DNA of 64,000 nucleotides from Phoronis australis (lineage: Eukaryota > Animalia > Phoronida), in the NCBI GenBank assembly GCA_002633005.1, contig NMRA01000054.1, positions 941,038-1,005,037 of the forward strand, read 5' to 3'. The notes under the pieces are model-generated. The model was not told where the DNA came from. It made no database searches and saw only the letters and a program-made list of their open reading frames with translations. Both the position numbers and the translations under genes were made by a program. Shown piece by piece: positions 60,917 through 64,000 of this stretch (positions are counted from its first letter, which is position 1; every line of letters begins with the position of its first letter).

Positions 60917-62206
60917 ACCGGCGAAAGCATTATTGAAATTCATTCGTGTGCTGTAAAATCACTGCCTATGATTTTAGTTGTTAATTCATTTATTCTATTT
61001 GTTCATTTTGTTTCTTCTATCAAACTGTTCCACTTACAATCATAGTGGAAAGCAGGGCACTTGCTAAAATGTCAGATTCCAGTAACAGTGCAAGAGGTGA
61101 CTCGGCAAAGTTGAGAAATGACAGTCCGACGTGGCCCGTAATAATAAGCCAGTCACTTGTTGGATCCGAGATATCAAACATAATCCATCGTCAAGTCAAG
61201 TTGAAAGCTAGAGGTGAGGTTACTAATGGTTTTTAATTTTTGCATTGGCCTGCCAATGTAAACAATCATCGTCCTCCTCACGGGCGTTCTCTTTAACAGT
61301 GGTCTTTTCTTACGAACTGCAGTTGTTTCTTAATAACCTAAATTGGGTTCTTACTAACCGAGTGCGTTTGCAGTGACAGCATTTCGTCTTGTAGTGAGCG
61401 TTGCACGTGCCCTATACGAAATCTTTGCACTTTAAATGCGAACATGATGTGCTAACGTTTATACAGGAATTGATATCCCAGGAACAGAATTGCGGCACAT
61501 AATGACATAAGAATTGCAACTCAGGAGTATGCTCTGATTTTTTTAAAATCTAATCTACCGAGTTTACTTGCGAGTTACCAGAAAGGTAAACGTGTACAAA
61601 TCCGGATATACGCCTTCGGGTTTAGACTATCAGAAACTCCTGACTTCGCATATATAAATTTCATCTGTGTCTTTGTTCACAACCTAAATTACTCGATATC
61701 GCGTCTTTTGAATTTTGTTGCAATAGCATTGGGGGGTTTCTTTGTTTTTCAGTATCTAAAAATATATTGGACGGCACCTGCATATTTCCGATGTCTGGCG
61801 TCACATTCATGATACTAGAACTCGACAAGGCATCCGAAAATACGGCGACAGAAGTAAACTCTCATGGGTTAAAACAAGTTGTAACTGATAGGTAAATGTA
61901 AAATAACGTACACGTATGTATTTTGATCAAATGAGTAGAATATACCCCAAGACAATTTTCCTTGAATAGGAAATTTCGAGAAAATCAATTGAATTTTGTA
62001 AACAATCATTTATGTAGTACATTCAATAAAGCATCAATGAATGAGAACGTTAGCAAATTGCACACTAGTTTACGATGTGTCATGTAAAATATTCACAAAA
62101 CTGAGAAGAGTAACAGATATTGTCTGTTCAAGTGTTTATTTTTCCCTTTAGGATCGACAACTTAATCAAACTTCACCACAACTGTTATTTAATTTGCCTC
62201 GGAGAC

Positions 62207-63152
62207 ATGGCAGAACAACAGCCCAGTAAAAACTTCTTTACCGTACAAGCAAGGTATCTTGAACCACCTTTCATGTTTTTAGTGATGTAGGATTGAAATC
62301 TCAACCATAATGAATCTGGCTGAGTCGATCACATCAAATGTTTTCAAAACCTATTCATGCAGTCATCCTGTTGTTTTGTGCATCACTGTTAACCGCAGAG
62401 CTGTCGGAGAGTTGTCACAACCGCGTAATTTGCGACTCCAAAAGGAGCTGATAAGAATATTTAAATATAATTTTTGAGAGCACATCATTTTCTTTGAGAT
62501 GAATGCGTTGATGAGAATTCTTGTTGACGTTTGCTGACTTTGCCAGCATTACCAGATCATTATATTTCATTGTTTTAAAATGTTTCAGGTATCTCAAAAC
62601 TGCACTTCATCTAGTGCCTGTTTGTGGCTCTAAAGAGGCAGTGCAGTGCATGGACACTATTGTCAAGGTACGATCGTGCAAAGTGAGCTCATGATACAAG
62701 TTATTCAGATTTTGCCCAAGGAATATGTTCTGCAAATAAGAAACGTTTTGAAATTACGTCAAGTGCGCGCCCTCTTGCTTGACTGTTGGTCAAAAAAGTA
62801 GCCAATTCAAGTGTTTTGTCGTTTGTATAGCCATTAATGGCATAGAGACATCAAGCAAAAAGTTTTACTTTATATGTGGCTCGTTTGCTTGTGTGAAACT
62901 ACAGTGATGTCTAGGATGCCTAATATCTACACATAAAAAAACTACATAAACGTTCATTTGGCAACGCTATAACGATGACATCAAAAACTTTAACGCTGGC
63001 CAGAGTTCGTATAACATTAGCAAAAACATTGTAGGTGACCTGCAAACCTTGTTCAACAATCGTTCGACAGAGACTGGAGAAAATGCTGCAAACATTTATC
63101 GCCAAAAACACACTCAGAGACTTCTTACAGACGATCGGTCTCGACACTCACG
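62207..63152 (+). CDS. 5' part of an unidentified multi-exon gene, continuing beyond the window
   Basis: join(62207-62253, 62589-62667, 63035-63152), phases 2/0/1 consistent. Peptide MAEQQPSKNFFTVQARYLKTALHLVPVCGSKEAVQCMDTIVKVTCKPCSTIVRQRLEKMLQTFIAKNTLRDFLQTIGLDTH. Acceptor ends at 62151; Kozak gacATGG. Confidence 0.6.
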
Positions 63153-63245
63153 GTAGGAATGTTCTGTTACATGAAATTCCGGGAAGGAAGCGTGCTGTAA
63201 CTGCACGAAAGGAACATTCACTTTCACCTCGTTTTACGTTTTTAT

Positions 63246-64000
63246 AAAGGACCTGGTTTGCAAGTTTTTGCATTTAGCCAAGTATCTACAAAGTATGAAT
63301 TTTAACTCAGTACATATTTTTGAAAGTAGAAATCTGTGGAATTTGATTTTTAACTTTTCACCAATCTGCCATTAGTTACATGATAACGTGGCTTTAATAA
63401 AATTTAGCAAAAAAAAAAGAAAGTACATTGCCACCAAAGCAACGATATGAACAACATGACCAAATTCTGTTTGATATAAATGCTCAAGATGAGATATTAA
63501 AAACGCCGCTACAGTTTTCTAAAATGTCGGTTCGTTTCCTGCTTTTGATGTGTCTTCATAGACGAGCGGAACGTGTCTAAATACGAATGGAGACCAGTGC
63601 ATAACATAGTATCTGAAATTTCATAGGAATAAAATTAGCCATTTTTATGACATGATGCTTCGAAGTTAGTTGACATTTTTCTAGGTTCCCATATAACCGC
63701 GTGCTTTCCACCGCTATTACCAGGAAGACCTGGGCCTTGCCTATATAAATCAGATATACTGTTTACAGGCGAATTTAGGTCCGGGCGTCTGTATTCGAAA
63801 CAAAGCGTTTCCCGATTTTTGTCAAGTGTTTTAGAGAAGAAAATGGCAGTTGGGCTTGTTCATTTCAGAAATATTGAACGAAAGCAAAAACGGTTTCCTT
63901 TACTTGCTACTTTTTATTTCTTTTAGAGAGATTACTTCTTCAAGACGGACTGGGAAGTCTCGAAGAGATCGTGTCTTCCACCGAAGCTGATTTTCTTGAT
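63246..64000 (+). mobile_element. Third copy of the 14741 DNA-transposon family
   Basis: catttagccaagtatctacaaagtatgaattttaactc...gaaagtagaaatctgtggaatttgattttt and later catagtatctgaaatttcata match 14780-14870 and 15182-15205. Confidence 0.55.

Overview
AT-rich, intron-containing animal genomic DNA. It looks like an invertebrate draft assembly with N gaps; the taxon cannot be fixed from sequence alone. Genes, left to right: (1) an Mpv17/PMP22-family gene whose CDS is in one exon (316-888,+); (2) an uncharacterised 434-aa single-coding-exon gene (10633-11937,+); (3) a 10-coding-exon STK33 kinase gene (29205-49524,+, 458 aa); (4) a convergent 5-exon small acidic protein gene (SMAP/C11orf58-like, 57387-52472,-, 213 aa); (5) the first three coding exons of an unidentified gene (from 62207,+). 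The most striking structure is a ~4 kb tandem duplication inside STK33 that doubles coding exon 2 and an intronic antisense tRNA-Leu(CAG). Its junction falls on a single N next to a Helentron-type insertion, so two haplotypes assembled in tandem is the best explanation, although a true exon duplication is not excluded. Intergenic and intronic DNA holds many MITEs (one family with 5-bp TSDs), tRNA-derived SINEs, a Penelope-like GIY-YIG remnant and minisatellites. I cannot support a wholly new biological system here. The best leads are the duplicated kinase exon, an intron bounded by 8-bp direct repeats, the orphan genes and uORFs in front of STK33. All family assignments are from recalled sequence knowledge, not database searches.
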